Both the position numbers and the translations under genes were made by a program. This document shows, piece by piece, positions 18,880 to 28,633 of a DNA stretch of 64,000 nt (positions are counted from its first letter, which is position 1; each line of letters opens with the position of its first letter). The DNA comes from Acidobacteriota bacterium. Its GTDB lineage: Bacteria; Acidobacteriota; UBA6911; RPQK01; CBDAPI01. The notes below the pieces were generated by a model. It was not told the origin of the DNA, searched no databases, and was given only the letters and a program-made list of their open reading frames with translations. The stretch spans positions 213,838 to 277,837 of the forward strand of contig OZ252114.1 in NCBI GenBank assembly GCA_965248635.1, read 5' to 3'.

Positions 18880-21800
18880 TCTGATTGGTCTGGTCTCGAA
18901 TCATCTCCGGGTCGATCACAAAGCGACTGGGAGCGGAGAGCAATTCCGCGCCCGAGATGTGACGCTCTGCTATCTTTTCGCCGTTGACCCGCACCTCATA
19001 TCCGACCTCCTGTTCGAGCTCTCCACTGACCTCCAGATAGTCGTTGAGGGCCAGGACAACAATGGCGGTGTCGCGGGTGCTGCTCCACTGGGCTCCACGC
19101 CGATTCTTGATCAGCCAGTTGATGACCGGATCCACCAGTTCGTGGTCAGGGCGGATCTGAAGCAGTGCCCGAAGGGCGAAAGCCGTGGCCTCGACCCCAC
19201 CCTCGGACCATCTCCAGTGGATTCCGTCCTCACCCCAGTGAGCCGTCGGCAGTCCCCCCTTACCCGGAGAGGACCGCTGGATCAGCTGCGACTGCAGGGG
19301 AAGTCGATCCCGCTTGACACCGTTCTCCAGATTCTCGATCAGGGTTTGGGCCCGCGGCGGGTTGTTCATCTGGTGGGCACTGAGGGCCAGCAGGGCTCGC
19401 GTATAGGCATTCAGCCGCTCTCGATTGTTCCACAGATGATTGAAGGCATTCACCTGGAAAGAACTGGGGCCCGTGCGGCTCACTGAACGATAGGCGCTCA
19501 GGCCGTGCAGCATCCAGGCCTGCAGGTCAGGGGTCGTTTCTGCTTCCACGATTTCCTGATCGAGGAAGCGGGCGGCCCGCTGCAGCACATCACTCTTCAC
19601 CTCCATTTCGGCTTCCAGGGCCAGGCTCAGCCCCCACACCACATAAGCCGTCATGAAGTGGTCGCTGTCCCCTTCTTTCCACCAGCCCCAGCCGCCGTCG
19701 CTGTGCTGAAAATCATAGAGGCGCTGCAAGCCCCTTTCGATCATGTCCTCCAGAAGCCTCAAGTCCCGGGGTCCTTTTCGGTGGGTCTGGGAGGCCGTCT
19801 CAGCCTGGATGCCTCCAAACAACTTGCCGGCGATGTCTTCCGCTTCCAGTCCCATTCTTCTGAGGGTTCGAGCCGTGATGGCAGCGGGGAGAAAGCGGCT
19901 CATGGTCTGCTCGGTGCAGCCATAGGGGTAGTCGATCAGGTAGGGGAGGGCGTCGAGCATGGTCACCGCCAGGCTGGGTGTCACCTGAATGGTCAACCGG
20001 GTACTTTCGGGTTTGCGAGCCGGCAGGTCGAGTGGAATCCTGAGCAACTCCTCCATCGATTTGCCGGAAGTCGCGATCAGTTTCTCGATCCCGTGCTCAA
20101 AAACCGGATAGACCTTCTCCATGGCATCGGAGTAGTTATCGGCCCGGGCGACGACCTTCAGCCGGGTTTCCCCCGGATGCTCCACTTTGAACCGCCAGTC
20201 CACCCGGGTGTCGCCCTGGGCCTCGATCGAGACGCTCTTCCGGGCCTCCGAGAGAGGGGAACCCAGAGCGCTGGCCAGCAGTTCGATGCTGGTCCTCAGG
20301 GCCCGGCCCGTATTGTTGTTGACCACCGCCGAAACCGTCACCGTGTCACCCGTCAGGAAAAACCGCGGGGACTGCAGCCGGACCATCAGGGGCTGGTTGG
20401 TGACGACGGTCGTGGTCCCCTGGCCGAAATGATCATCGCTGGTGATGGCCCGGGCCGTGGCTCGCCAGGTCGTGAGGGTGTCATTGAAGGTAACCGGTAC
20501 GATGGCCTTGCCGTCCTCTCCGGTGATGACGTCAGGGGTCCACAGGATGGTGGTGCTGAAATCGCTGCGGACCTGGACAGGCTGGGCAGCCTGGGATTGG
20601 GGAGCAGCGACCGATTTTCGCGCCACGGCGTACCCGGCAACCATTTCCATGCTGGCATGGGCCCGGAACTGCCGGCTCTCGGATTCGGCCATGACCGCGT
20701 CCGCAGCAAAGTTGTCCAGACGGCCGGAACGGCTACTCATGTCACGGCTCAGTTCTTGTCCCACCGCTCCTCTCGGTGGTACACCGCCACCAATTCCTCC
20801 GCCCAGATCCTGCCTGGCCCCCGCCATAATCAGGTTCCCATCTGCGTCTTCTTCCAGGCGCAGGTAGCGTTTCTGCTGAAAAGTGCTCTGGGTTTGAACC
20901 TGCAGGCTTCTCTTGCGACCGAAGAAAAAGCGCAGCGGATCGGAGGCATAGTCGTCCTGAATCGCGTACACGGAGTCATCCACGACGCCAAAGGCGACCT
21001 CGGCCGAGACGGGGTTTCCGTGTTCGTCACGGGTGATCAGCGTCATCTGTCCCTTTTTGCGGGAAAGGTACTCGTCCTGGTTGGCGACGATCTCCACCTG
21101 GACGGCATTCTGAGCGGGTGGAACGATGAGTTGTTTCGTGTCTTCGTGAATCTGGGTGTCGGATACCATGAAGGCCCGCAAAAACACATTGGGGACGTGC
21201 TGGGCCCCGATGTCGATCTGGACCAGTTTGACCGTCCCCTCCAGATGAACCACCTGATAGCTGTAAAGATCTTCCGCCTCCACACTGAGCAGAACCCAGC
21301 GGTCGCTGGTGTGGCTGGCCAGCATGGCCGTCAGAGGCTGCCCCACACGGGCCGTGTCCCGATCCAGTACGATCTCGAGGCCGCCGTGGCGATAACCAAG
21401 GTCCTGGCTGCGGCGATCCCCGACCCAGACCTGGGCCTCCGACTGCACCGGGAAGTCGGCTTCCCGATCACTGACCCAACGGATCCGATAGTAGCCTTCG
21501 CTCTTAGCTGAGAAGGTCAGCTCTGCCTGGCCTTCCTCGTCCGTGCGCATCCTGCGGGAGAGAATCTCTTCATCCCGATAACCGCGATACTTGAGACGCC
21601 ATCCTGCAGGCAGTTGGACCCCCGACCTCCCTGCCTGTCGCTTGCGGAGCTCTTGGGCGCTTGACTCGTGACCCAGGTGGTCGATCCAGATCTCTTCCCA
21701 GCGACTCTGGTAGACGGTAACGATTCCCTCTGCCTGGAGAGGACGCTGGTTGGCATCGAGCGTGTGTATCTTCAGCTCTACTTTGTCACCGGGCCGGTAG

Positions 21801-21928
21801 AGATGGTGGTCGGGTTGCAGATAGGCAAAGTAGCGCTGCCGGGTCACCCGAACTCTCCCGCTGGAGACAACTTCTCGGCGCGAAGAGTCACGCACCCGGG
21901 CTTCAATCTCGAATTCGACGTCCTGCAA
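18842..21928 (-). CDS. alpha-2-macroglobulin family protein, central piece with thioester motif
   Basis: Thioester-type motif YPYGCTEQT. MG domains, bait region and TED-like alpha-helical domain. 1028 aa. Confidence 0.8.
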   Translation of the reverse strand: MQDVEFEIEARVRDSSRREVVSSGRVRVTRQRYFAYLQPDHHLYRPGDKVELKIHTLDANQRPLQAEGIVTVYQSRWEEIWIDHLGHESSAQELRKRQAGRSGVQLPAGWRLKYRGYRDEEILSRRMRTDEEGQAELTFSAKSEGYYRIRWVSDREADFPVQSEAQVWVGDRRSQDLGYRHGGLEIVLDRDTARVGQPLTAMLASHTSDRWVLLSVEAEDLYSYQVVHLEGTVKLVQIDIGAQHVPNVFLRAFMVSDTQIHEDTKQLIVPPAQNAVQVEIVANQDEYLSRKKGQMTLITRDEHGNPVSAEVAFGVVDDSVYAIQDDYASDPLRFFFGRKRSLQVQTQSTFQQKRYLRLEEDADGNLIMAGARQDLGGGIGGGVPPRGAVGQELSRDMSSRSGRLDNFAADAVMAESESRQFRAHASMEMVAGYAVARKSVAAPQSQAAQPVQVRSDFSTTILWTPDVITGEDGKAIVPVTFNDTLTTWRATARAITSDDHFGQGTTTVVTNQPLMVRLQSPRFFLTGDTVTVSAVVNNNTGRALRTSIELLASALGSPLSEARKSVSIEAQGDTRVDWRFKVEHPGETRLKVVARADNYSDAMEKVYPVFEHGIEKLIATSGKSMEELLRIPLDLPARKPESTRLTIQVTPSLAVTMLDALPYLIDYPYGCTEQTMSRFLPAAITARTLRRMGLEAEDIAGKLFGGIQAETASQTHRKGPRDLRLLEDMIERGLQRLYDFQHSDGGWGWWKEGDSDHFMTAYVVWGLSLALEAEMEVKSDVLQRAARFLDQEIVEAETTPDLQAWMLHGLSAYRSVSRTGPSSFQVNAFNHLWNNRERLNAYTRALLALSAHQMNNPPRAQTLIENLENGVKRDRLPLQSQLIQRSSPGKGGLPTAHWGEDGIHWRWSEGGVEATAFALRALLQIRPDHELVDPVINWLIKNRRGAQWSSTRDTAIVVLALNDYLEVSGELEQEVGYEVRVNGEKIAERHISGAELLSAPSRFVIDPEMIRDQTNQIEIRRTDGEAPL

Positions 21929-21942
21929 GCCAACCGTGCTGG

Positions 21943-24165
21943 TTAATCAATGGTCACGGAAGCGCTTCCGTCCTCGTCCGTTTTAACGGTAGTGCGCTTG
22001 ACTTCCTGCCCGCGCCAGCCTCCGTATTGACGGTTCCAGCTGTGGTCGGCATCCCGCAGCCAGGAGAATTCATCGGGAGGGCGCCAGTAGTGCTGGAAAG
22101 GGCGCTGAAACACAATAATCTCCGTCTCGGCTCCCACCACCGGACCTCCAAAGTAGTACTCGGTCACAACCTTCACTTCGACCTCTTCACCCAGGGAAAA
22201 GACCCGGGGCCGATCATCTTCGCGGGGGGGCTCTACGTGAACTCTGAACTCGGGCAGTTTGTATTCCTCCAGCCTGAGCAGGGTCTCTGATCCGATCCAG
22301 TGCTTCCGACCCTGATCCCAGAAGCTGATTTTGTACTCTCCCAGGGGCATGGCTCCGGTCAGCTCCAGACTGCCCCACCCGCTCCCAAAGCGGTTCAACG
22401 TGACCCCGGTCTTTTCAATGCGGACACCCTTGGGATCGGTGATCTCGATCTCCAGCTCCTGGTCGGAAGGGGTGGAGTATCCCTGCGGGGACTCCAGTCG
22501 TGCCACCAGCTTCCAGTGGGCCTTCTCCCCGGGGCGGTATGCCGGTCGGTCGGTGAGCACGTACACTTTCCATTTGGAGTGCTGCGGAGAGTAACCATGG
22601 CCCTGGCTGAAGGCCTGTTGATCTCGGTGGGACACGGCTGCGAAAAAACTGTGGCTGTTATTTCCCTCTCGGGGAAAGCGCATCCTGGCAACCCCATCGT
22701 CGCCGGTTCGGCCCCTTCGGAGCAGCCAGCGGTCGTGCCCGCTGGAATAGCGCCAGACGGAGAACTCGGCTCCGGCTACAGGAGACCCGTCCAGAGCGCT
22801 GCACATGTACAGCAGTGCACTGCTTCCATGAGTCTTGAGGACCAGGGACGATTCCGAAACCAGAATCAGATCCCGAGCCTCCTTGCCACCTGCTTTGGCG
22901 ACCAGAAGGTAGGCACCGGGCGGCAGCTTCTCCAGCCGTTCCTGCGAAGAACCGGGTCGATGATCGGACTCGTTCTCGATCGATTTGGCCCAGCTGCGGA
23001 GAGTCTCCCGCCCCTGGACGTGAAGTGTGTCGATCCAGTTCACCTGTTTTGTTTCCAGGTGCAGGGAGACCTCATCGACCAGGTCGATCGGATACACCTC
23101 CAGGCGGATGGAGTGGACGTTTCGCCAGTTCAGATGGAACTGAATCTCGGAATCGGGAAGAAATACGCTCGAAACCCCAACCCCGATCCTGGGGCCCGTG
23201 ATCTCCTGGAGCTGGCGCTGGGCCCGGTCGTAGTAACGCGTCTCGCCTTTGGAGTAGTCTCGAAGTAGTCTTCTCAGCAGCTCCACCGCGCGGATGTAGT
23301 CCGGCTCGTTGTACCACTGGCCGTTTTCCCGAAGCCGAATCCGGCCGGTGTTGGACATGAACTGGGAAAATCGGAAAAGAGCGTCGTCGTACCAGTCCAC
23401 TCTCCTGCCGGCTTCCAGGGCCGCCTCGAAGTGGCGGCCGGCTCGCTTCTTCTGGGTCCAGTTACCCTGGGCCGCGAGCGTCGTGGCCAGAAGATAATTG
23501 GCCTGCGTCTTTTCGGCGTCCGTCCGGGCCAGGTTGAGAGTGTTCTGAAGTATCGGAAGAGGGAGATAGTTGCCGTAATAGCCATAGTAATAGCCTTGAT
23601 CCTCCCAGTGGGGGAGGCTGATCGAGAAAACGCCTTGCAGGTAGCGCCGGCGGGCCACCTCCAGATCGCGGGATCCCGCCCAGTAGTCGAGAGCTTTCTG
23701 ATAGTAGGGCCAGGCCTGGTGCCAGTTGCGGGCGTTGCGGCGCATCCAGTGGTAATCCCCCAGCGACTGGTAGATCTCGGCCGCCACCACATCCTTTTGC
23801 TCCTTTCGCAGCAGTTCCTGGAGCTGTCTCTCCGCTTCCTCCAGCTGAGATGGGTCCGAGGACTGAGTCGCAGCCCTGGATCTCCAAAGCGTGTCGGCCA
23901 GCCGGAACTCGACCCATCTCGTCTGCTCAGGATCCAGCTGCAGGTCAGGGGCGCGCAGATACGTGTCATAGGCCCGCTGAAAGGACTTTCTGGCGTAGAA
24001 CTGCTCGGCCGTCTCCTGAATTGAGCTGTAGTCACCGTAGTTCACCGGACCCGCTTGGGGCGGTTCCTGGCTCGACCCCTCCTGCCCACTCCAGGGCAGG
24101 AGGCTGACCAGGGTCAGAAGAATGAGTGCTGAAACGGTGATCTTCATGGCATATCCCCTTGGCAA
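21943..24165 (-). CDS. alpha-2-macroglobulin family protein, N-terminal piece (signal peptide, helical region, MG domains)
   Basis: Signal peptide MKITVSALILLTLVSLLPW. MG2 hallmark VLTDRPAYRPGEKAHWK. Ends 15 nt before the next piece, which is in a different frame. Confidence 0.7.
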   Translation of the reverse strand: MPRGYAMKITVSALILLTLVSLLPWSGQEGSSQEPPQAGPVNYGDYSSIQETAEQFYARKSFQRAYDTYLRAPDLQLDPEQTRWVEFRLADTLWRSRAATQSSDPSQLEEAERQLQELLRKEQKDVVAAEIYQSLGDYHWMRRNARNWHQAWPYYQKALDYWAGSRDLEVARRRYLQGVFSISLPHWEDQGYYYGYYGNYLPLPILQNTLNLARTDAEKTQANYLLATTLAAQGNWTQKKRAGRHFEAALEAGRRVDWYDDALFRFSQFMSNTGRIRLRENGQWYNEPDYIRAVELLRRLLRDYSKGETRYYDRAQRQLQEITGPRIGVGVSSVFLPDSEIQFHLNWRNVHSIRLEVYPIDLVDEVSLHLETKQVNWIDTLHVQGRETLRSWAKSIENESDHRPGSSQERLEKLPPGAYLLVAKAGGKEARDLILVSESSLVLKTHGSSALLYMCSALDGSPVAGAEFSVWRYSSGHDRWLLRRGRTGDDGVARMRFPREGNNSHSFFAAVSHRDQQAFSQGHGYSPQHSKWKVYVLTDRPAYRPGEKAHWKLVARLESPQGYSTPSDQELEIEITDPKGVRIEKTGVTLNRFGSGWGSLELTGAMPLGEYKISFWDQGRKHWIGSETLLRLEEYKLPEFRVHVEPPREDDRPRVFSLGEEVEVKVVTEYYFGGPVVGAETEIIVFQRPFQHYWRPPDEFSWLRDADHSWNRQYGGWRGQEVKRTTVKTDEDGSASVTID

Positions 24166-24361
24166 AGACCTTCATTAGTCTGCTTTTGACACTTCGGAGG
24201 GTTCCTGGTGCCCCTTCCGCTTTATAACGGCCCAGCGGTCCTTTTCTTAGATGCGGTGAATGGGTTCTGGGTTCTGATGAGTGATGTAGTCTGCAGGTCT
24301 GACAACAGAACCGCGGGCGCAGGCCGCGGCTACCAATCAGGAGTCGAGCTACTACTCAGCA

Positions 24362-25525
24362 CTACCCGGCCACCCGGGCGTGCTGATGGAGAGCTTTCTG
24401 GATCAACAGGAACTCTCCCAGATTCTCCGAGTTCAGGATGCCCACGAGCTGACCATCACGCACCACCGGGAGGGTTCGGCATTCGCACTCCTGCAGACGT
24501 CGAAAGGCGCTCTGGGCCATTTCAGAAGGATCAGCAGTCTGAAACTCCCGATCCATGACCTCGGCCACGCTCCCGCCCTGCCCTTCGCTGGCCAGGGCCG
24601 ACATCATCCCGGAACGAGTCAGGACTCCGACGACGGCACCCTGGTCCAACACCGGGAAGTCCTGCTGGGAACCGGCTAGGATGTGGCGTACTGCATCGGA
24701 GAGCGAATCGTGAATGGAGAGGGTCTGAAAATCGGTCATCATGAGGTGGCTGACGGGGATGCCGCGAAGCGCCGTCCTCATCTGGACCATGCTGGCTTCC
24801 CCGGCCGCACCCATCCACACGAAAAGAGCGATGAAGACCAGAAAAGGGTTGCTAAACAGACCCACGAAACCGAAGAACAATGCCAGGACCTGGCCGGTGG
24901 TGGCAGCGATTTCGGTGGCTCGAACATAGTCCATCTTGAGAGCCAGCAGAGCCCTCAGCACCCTCCCCCCGTCCATTGGGAAGGCAGGAATCAGGTTGAA
25001 GATGGCCAGGACGATATTCACCCAGAACATCTTGATCAGGAAATTGCCCCCCACCATTTCTAGATTCCCGGGGTCGGCGAGACCGCCCGCGGGGCCCAGG
25101 AAGACAAAGACTCCGGCAGCCAGTGCTACGTTGACGGCCGGCCCGGCCAGTGCCACCAGGAGTTCCTGACGTGGGTCTTCCGGCATGCGCTCCAGGCGGG
25201 CGACCCCGCCAATCGGCAGCAGTGTGATGTCCCGGGTGGCAATCCCGAAGCGGCGGGCTGTCAAAGCATGGCCCAGTTCATGCAGGACCACAATGGCGAA
25301 CAGGACCGAAATGAAAATCAGGCGGTAGAGGGTATCGACAAGACTGCGCCTGGGCAGGTAATAGTTGATTCCGACCCAGCCCAGAATCAACAGAAAAGTG
25401 ACGTGCATGAACACGTCGATTCCGGCAATTCTCCCGATCTTCCAGGACCACTTCATGGCAAGTCTCTGCTGGTCATTCTCCCCGATCCGTGGGAGTGAAG
25501 ACAATGGCCACTGGTTAAGAGACAC
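24362..25525 (-). CDS. site-2 protease (M50 family) with tandem CBS domains
   Basis: HExxH motif (LHELGHALTARRFG) inside a TM helix. Multiple TM segments. C-terminal CBS pair (…DFQTLSIHDSLSDAV…; …RTLPVVRDGQLVGILN…). Confidence 0.8.
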   Translation of the reverse strand: MSLNQWPLSSLPRIGENDQQRLAMKWSWKIGRIAGIDVFMHVTFLLILGWVGINYYLPRRSLVDTLYRLIFISVLFAIVVLHELGHALTARRFGIATRDITLLPIGGVARLERMPEDPRQELLVALAGPAVNVALAAGVFVFLGPAGGLADPGNLEMVGGNFLIKMFWVNIVLAIFNLIPAFPMDGGRVLRALLALKMDYVRATEIAATTGQVLALFFGFVGLFSNPFLVFIALFVWMGAAGEASMVQMRTALRGIPVSHLMMTDFQTLSIHDSLSDAVRHILAGSQQDFPVLDQGAVVGVLTRSGMMSALASEGQGGSVAEVMDREFQTADPSEMAQSAFRRLQECECRTLPVVRDGQLVGILNSENLGEFLLIQKALHQHARVAG

Positions 25526-25819
25526 CAGAACCGCGGGCGCAGGCCACGGTGTCGAGAAGCTGGCTCACCCGGTCGTCCAGTTTCAGACCCGGAGCTGCCC
25601 CCCGGCATTGGTGACGGTCGTAAAGGAGGCCACCAGCGCCCCAACACCGGTGCTGTCGACATAGTGGACGTCGCCGAGATGAATCACGACGTTGCGGTGT
25701 CCTTCGGCCACCAGTTCCCGGATCTTTCTGTGAAGCTCGCTGGTTCCGTCGTCGATCGTAACCTTCCCGCGGACTTCAACGATGGACACATTGTCGTGGC
25801 TGCGCAATTCGATTTGCAT
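25515..25819 (-). CDS. STAS-domain anti-sigma-factor antagonist (SpoIIAA/RsbV-like), frame change at a C7 homopolymer (~25597-25603)
   Basis: MQIELRSHDNVSIVEVRGKVTID…VHYVDSTGVGALV…GGQLRV then a stop. Shifting one base at the run 'ccccccc' continues as LKLDDRVSQLLDTV…, the expected STAS C-terminus, ending at a TAA at 25515-25517. Confidence 0.65.
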
Positions 25820-25971
25820 CGGCTTGCCTCCCCCTCTGTTTATACCATCCAGGAACCTGGGAGAAAACCGGGATCAAGTAGTCCCTCAGCAGCCCACGGT
25901 CAACGGTCAACCGTCCCACAGTCCCTGATGAAGAGTGGGCGGTTTTCTCCTCTGTTATACTCCCGCAGAGG

Positions 25972-27486
25972 GTGAAGGACATGTCTTTTCCGACCGCAAT
26001 CGAGGGTGCAAACGGAACCGGAAGAGTCCGACTCCTGGGTCTTGTCATCTGCCTGCTCCCTCTGGTCTTTCCGGCCCGAGGCCAGACCAGAGTGAAGCCG
26101 GGGTTCAACCTGTTCTCCGCCCAGCAGGATGTCGAGATCGGGAAGCAGTCGGCAGCGGAAGTGGAAAAGGAGCTGCCTGTCCTGAAGGACCCCACGGTAC
26201 GAAACTACGTGGCGCGTATAGGAGAGCGGCTGGCCAAAGTCGTGCAGGGAGCCGAGTATCCCTATCAGTTCAAAGTCATCAACGTTTCCGACGTGAACGC
26301 CTTCGCCCTGCCGGGCGGATATATGTACGTGAATCGCGGCCTTATCGAAGCTGCCAAGAGTGAAGCTGAACTGGCCGGAGTCATGGCTCACGAAATCTCC
26401 CATGTGGCCATCCGGCACGGCACGAATCAGGCCTCCAAAGCCTATCTGGCCCAGGCGGGTCTGGGCGTGCTGGGGGGAGTTCTGGGCGGAGGCGGCGGTT
26501 CGACGGGGCAGATCATTGGCGCGGTCGGGGGCTTTGGTCTGAACACGGTATTCCTGAAGTTCGGCCGCAAGGCGGAGGAACAGGCCGATGTCGTGGGGGC
26601 TCAAACGCTGGCCAAAGCCGGCTATGACCCATTGGCCATGGCCGACTTCTTCGAGACCCTGCGGGAACTGTCGGGCCGAGATCCAAGGAAATTCGAGACG
26701 TTTTTCAGCAGCCACCCGGCACCGGGTAACCGGGCCCGCCGCATCGAGGAAGAAGTTCAGCTTCTGGGAGCCATTCGGAAGACTCCCTCGGTAGCAAGCT
26801 TTTCTCAAATCAAGGCTCACCTGGACCGCTTACCGGACGCGCCGTCCATGCAGGAACTGGCGGGAAAAGAGGCTGGCTCCTCCCCCGATGTCGGGAATGG
26901 GGGACCCCCCACTCCGGCTCGAACTCGGATTGAAGCTCCTTCCGGCCAGCTGCAGCTCTTTCAACAGCGAGATGGATTCTTCAGGATCCGCTACCCGTCG
27001 AACTGGAGTTCCTACGAGTCTCAGGGAGACTGGAGCACGATCCTGGCTCCGGCAGGTGGAATCCGAGAGGGAGCCGACGGCGAAAACCAGATTGTCTATG
27101 GAGTTCTGATCGGGCACTTCGACCCTTCCGCCGGCGATCGGGGCGGACGGGTCAACGGGCCATTCAAGAGAGGTGGTGAGCTGGAACGCGCCGGCAACCT
27201 CCTGATCAACTCCCTGATTACCGGGAACAACTATCTTCGATCGGTATCACGATCGACGAGCGAACACCTGTCAGACGGCGAGCGCGCCCTTTCCGTGGAG
27301 CTGTCCGGCCGGTCTCCCGTGACCGGGGAGGCCGAACGCGCGGCTGTTGTCTTCAGACGCCTTCCCAACAAGGAACTCGTGTATCTGGTGTTTATCTCGC
27401 CGGGAAAGCGGTTTCCTGAGATTCAACGGGTTTTCGCAGCCGTTCTCTCCAGCTTCGGCATCAACGACCAGAGGTTCTTGCGCTAG
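25972..27486 (+). CDS. M48-family zinc metallopeptidase with signal peptide
   Basis: HExxH motif MAHEISHVAIRHG and a downstream Glu, as in M48 peptidases. N-terminal signal sequence. Long low-complexity C-terminal region. Confidence 0.7.
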   Translation: MKDMSFPTAIEGANGTGRVRLLGLVICLLPLVFPARGQTRVKPGFNLFSAQQDVEIGKQSAAEVEKELPVLKDPTVRNYVARIGERLAKVVQGAEYPYQFKVINVSDVNAFALPGGYMYVNRGLIEAAKSEAELAGVMAHEISHVAIRHGTNQASKAYLAQAGLGVLGGVLGGGGGSTGQIIGAVGGFGLNTVFLKFGRKAEEQADVVGAQTLAKAGYDPLAMADFFETLRELSGRDPRKFETFFSSHPAPGNRARRIEEEVQLLGAIRKTPSVASFSQIKAHLDRLPDAPSMQELAGKEAGSSPDVGNGGPPTPARTRIEAPSGQLQLFQQRDGFFRIRYPSNWSSYESQGDWSTILAPAGGIREGADGENQIVYGVLIGHFDPSAGDRGGRVNGPFKRGGELERAGNLLINSLITGNNYLRSVSRSTSEHLSDGERALSVELSGRSPVTGEAERAAVVFRRLPNKELVYLVFISPGKRFPEIQRVFAAVLSSFGINDQRFLR

Positions 27487-27498
27487 AGGTGGCGGCAC

Positions 27499-28560
27499 AT
27501 GGCAACTTACAACATTTCAGTCATCCCGGGAGACGGCATCGGCGTGGAGGTCATCGCCGAAGGAGTGCGCGTTCTCGAGCAGGTCGCGGTCAATCACGAC
27601 ATCGACCTCCGTTTTGAGCACCATCCCTGGGGAAGCGATTATTACTTCGAACACGGTTGCATGATGCCCGAGGGTGCACTGGAACTGTTGAAAGGCCAGG
27701 ATGCCATCTATCTGGGTGCCGTTGGGGATCCCCGACTGCAGGACAATGTCACTCTGAACGGGCTGATTCTGCCTATCCGCCGAACCTTCCAGCAGTTTGC
27801 CAATGTCCGGCCTGCCTTTCTGTTTGCGGGTGTGGCCTCCCCACTGGCAGGCAAGACGCCCGGCGCCATCGACTGCGTGTTGGTTCGCGAGAACACGGAA
27901 GGCGAGTACTCGCAGGTGGGAGGCCGGGTGCACCAGCTCTCGGAGTCGGAAGTGGCCATCCAGACCTCGGTCTTCAGCTTTCGAGGGACTGAGAGGATTG
28001 TTCGATACGCCTTCGATCTGGCGGTGCAGCGGGAGAAGAAACAGAAGGTCACTTCGATCACCAAATCCAACGCCATGGGTTACGGAATGACCCTGTGGGA
28101 TGAAGTGTTTGAGAAGGTTGCGCTGGAGTACCCGACCGTGCAGACCGAGTCCCTGCTCGTCGATGCCGCCTGCATGGATCTCATCCGGCGCCCGGAGGAC
28201 TTCGACGTGATCGTCGCCTCCAATCTCTTTGGAGACATCCTCAGTGAGATCACGGCGGCCATCACCGGCAGCCTGGGACTTGCCGCCAGCGCTAACCTGG
28301 ATCCTACGCGAAAGCATCCCTCCATGTTTGAGTCCGTACACGGGTCAGCCCCGGATATCGCGGGCAAGGGGGTGGCCAATCCCCTGGCCACGATCCTGGC
28401 CGGTCACATGATGCTGGAGTTTCTGGAGGAAACGGAGGCCTCTGCGGCTATCTACCAGGCGGTGCTCCGGTATTTGAAGGAGAGCCCGAACAAGACCGCG
28501 GATCTGGGCGGAACCGCAACCAGCCGAGAGGCGACGGACCAGATCCTCGCGTTCCTCTAA
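27499..28560 (+). CDS. tartrate dehydrogenase/decarboxylase-like (isocitrate/isopropylmalate dehydrogenase family)
   Basis: N-terminus ISVIPGDGIGVEV and HHPWGSDYYFEHGCMMP match TtuC/LeuB-family decarboxylating dehydrogenases. 353 aa. Confidence 0.7.
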   Translation: MATYNISVIPGDGIGVEVIAEGVRVLEQVAVNHDIDLRFEHHPWGSDYYFEHGCMMPEGALELLKGQDAIYLGAVGDPRLQDNVTLNGLILPIRRTFQQFANVRPAFLFAGVASPLAGKTPGAIDCVLVRENTEGEYSQVGGRVHQLSESEVAIQTSVFSFRGTERIVRYAFDLAVQREKKQKVTSITKSNAMGYGMTLWDEVFEKVALEYPTVQTESLLVDAACMDLIRRPEDFDVIVASNLFGDILSEITAAITGSLGLAASANLDPTRKHPSMFESVHGSAPDIAGKGVANPLATILAGHMMLEFLEETEASAAIYQAVLRYLKESPNKTADLGGTATSREATDQILAFL

Positions 28561-28576
28561 CAGCCTGTGGGCGTGG

Positions 28577-28608
28577 CCGGGTCGAATCGACCACCCGGTG
28601 TTATTCTG
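28577..28608 (+). terminator. possible intrinsic terminator after the dehydrogenase gene
   Basis: Stem ccgggt (28577-28582) pairs with acccgg (28593-28598); 10-nt loop; then T-rich tgttattctg. Confidence 0.3.
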
Positions 28609-28633
28609 CTAAACTTCGCGGAATCAACAGGGT

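Noticed and set aside
19505-21511. 668-aa plus-strand ORF
   Set aside because: It is antisense to the alpha-2-macroglobulin gene, whose homology (MG2, thioester motif) is unambiguous on the minus strand. Long shadow ORFs are expected at 60% GC.
22300-23268. 322-aa plus-strand ORF and the 23274..24035 minus ORF in an alternative frame
   Set aside because: Both overlap the N-terminal A2M piece, which has a signal peptide and MG2 motif in its own frame.
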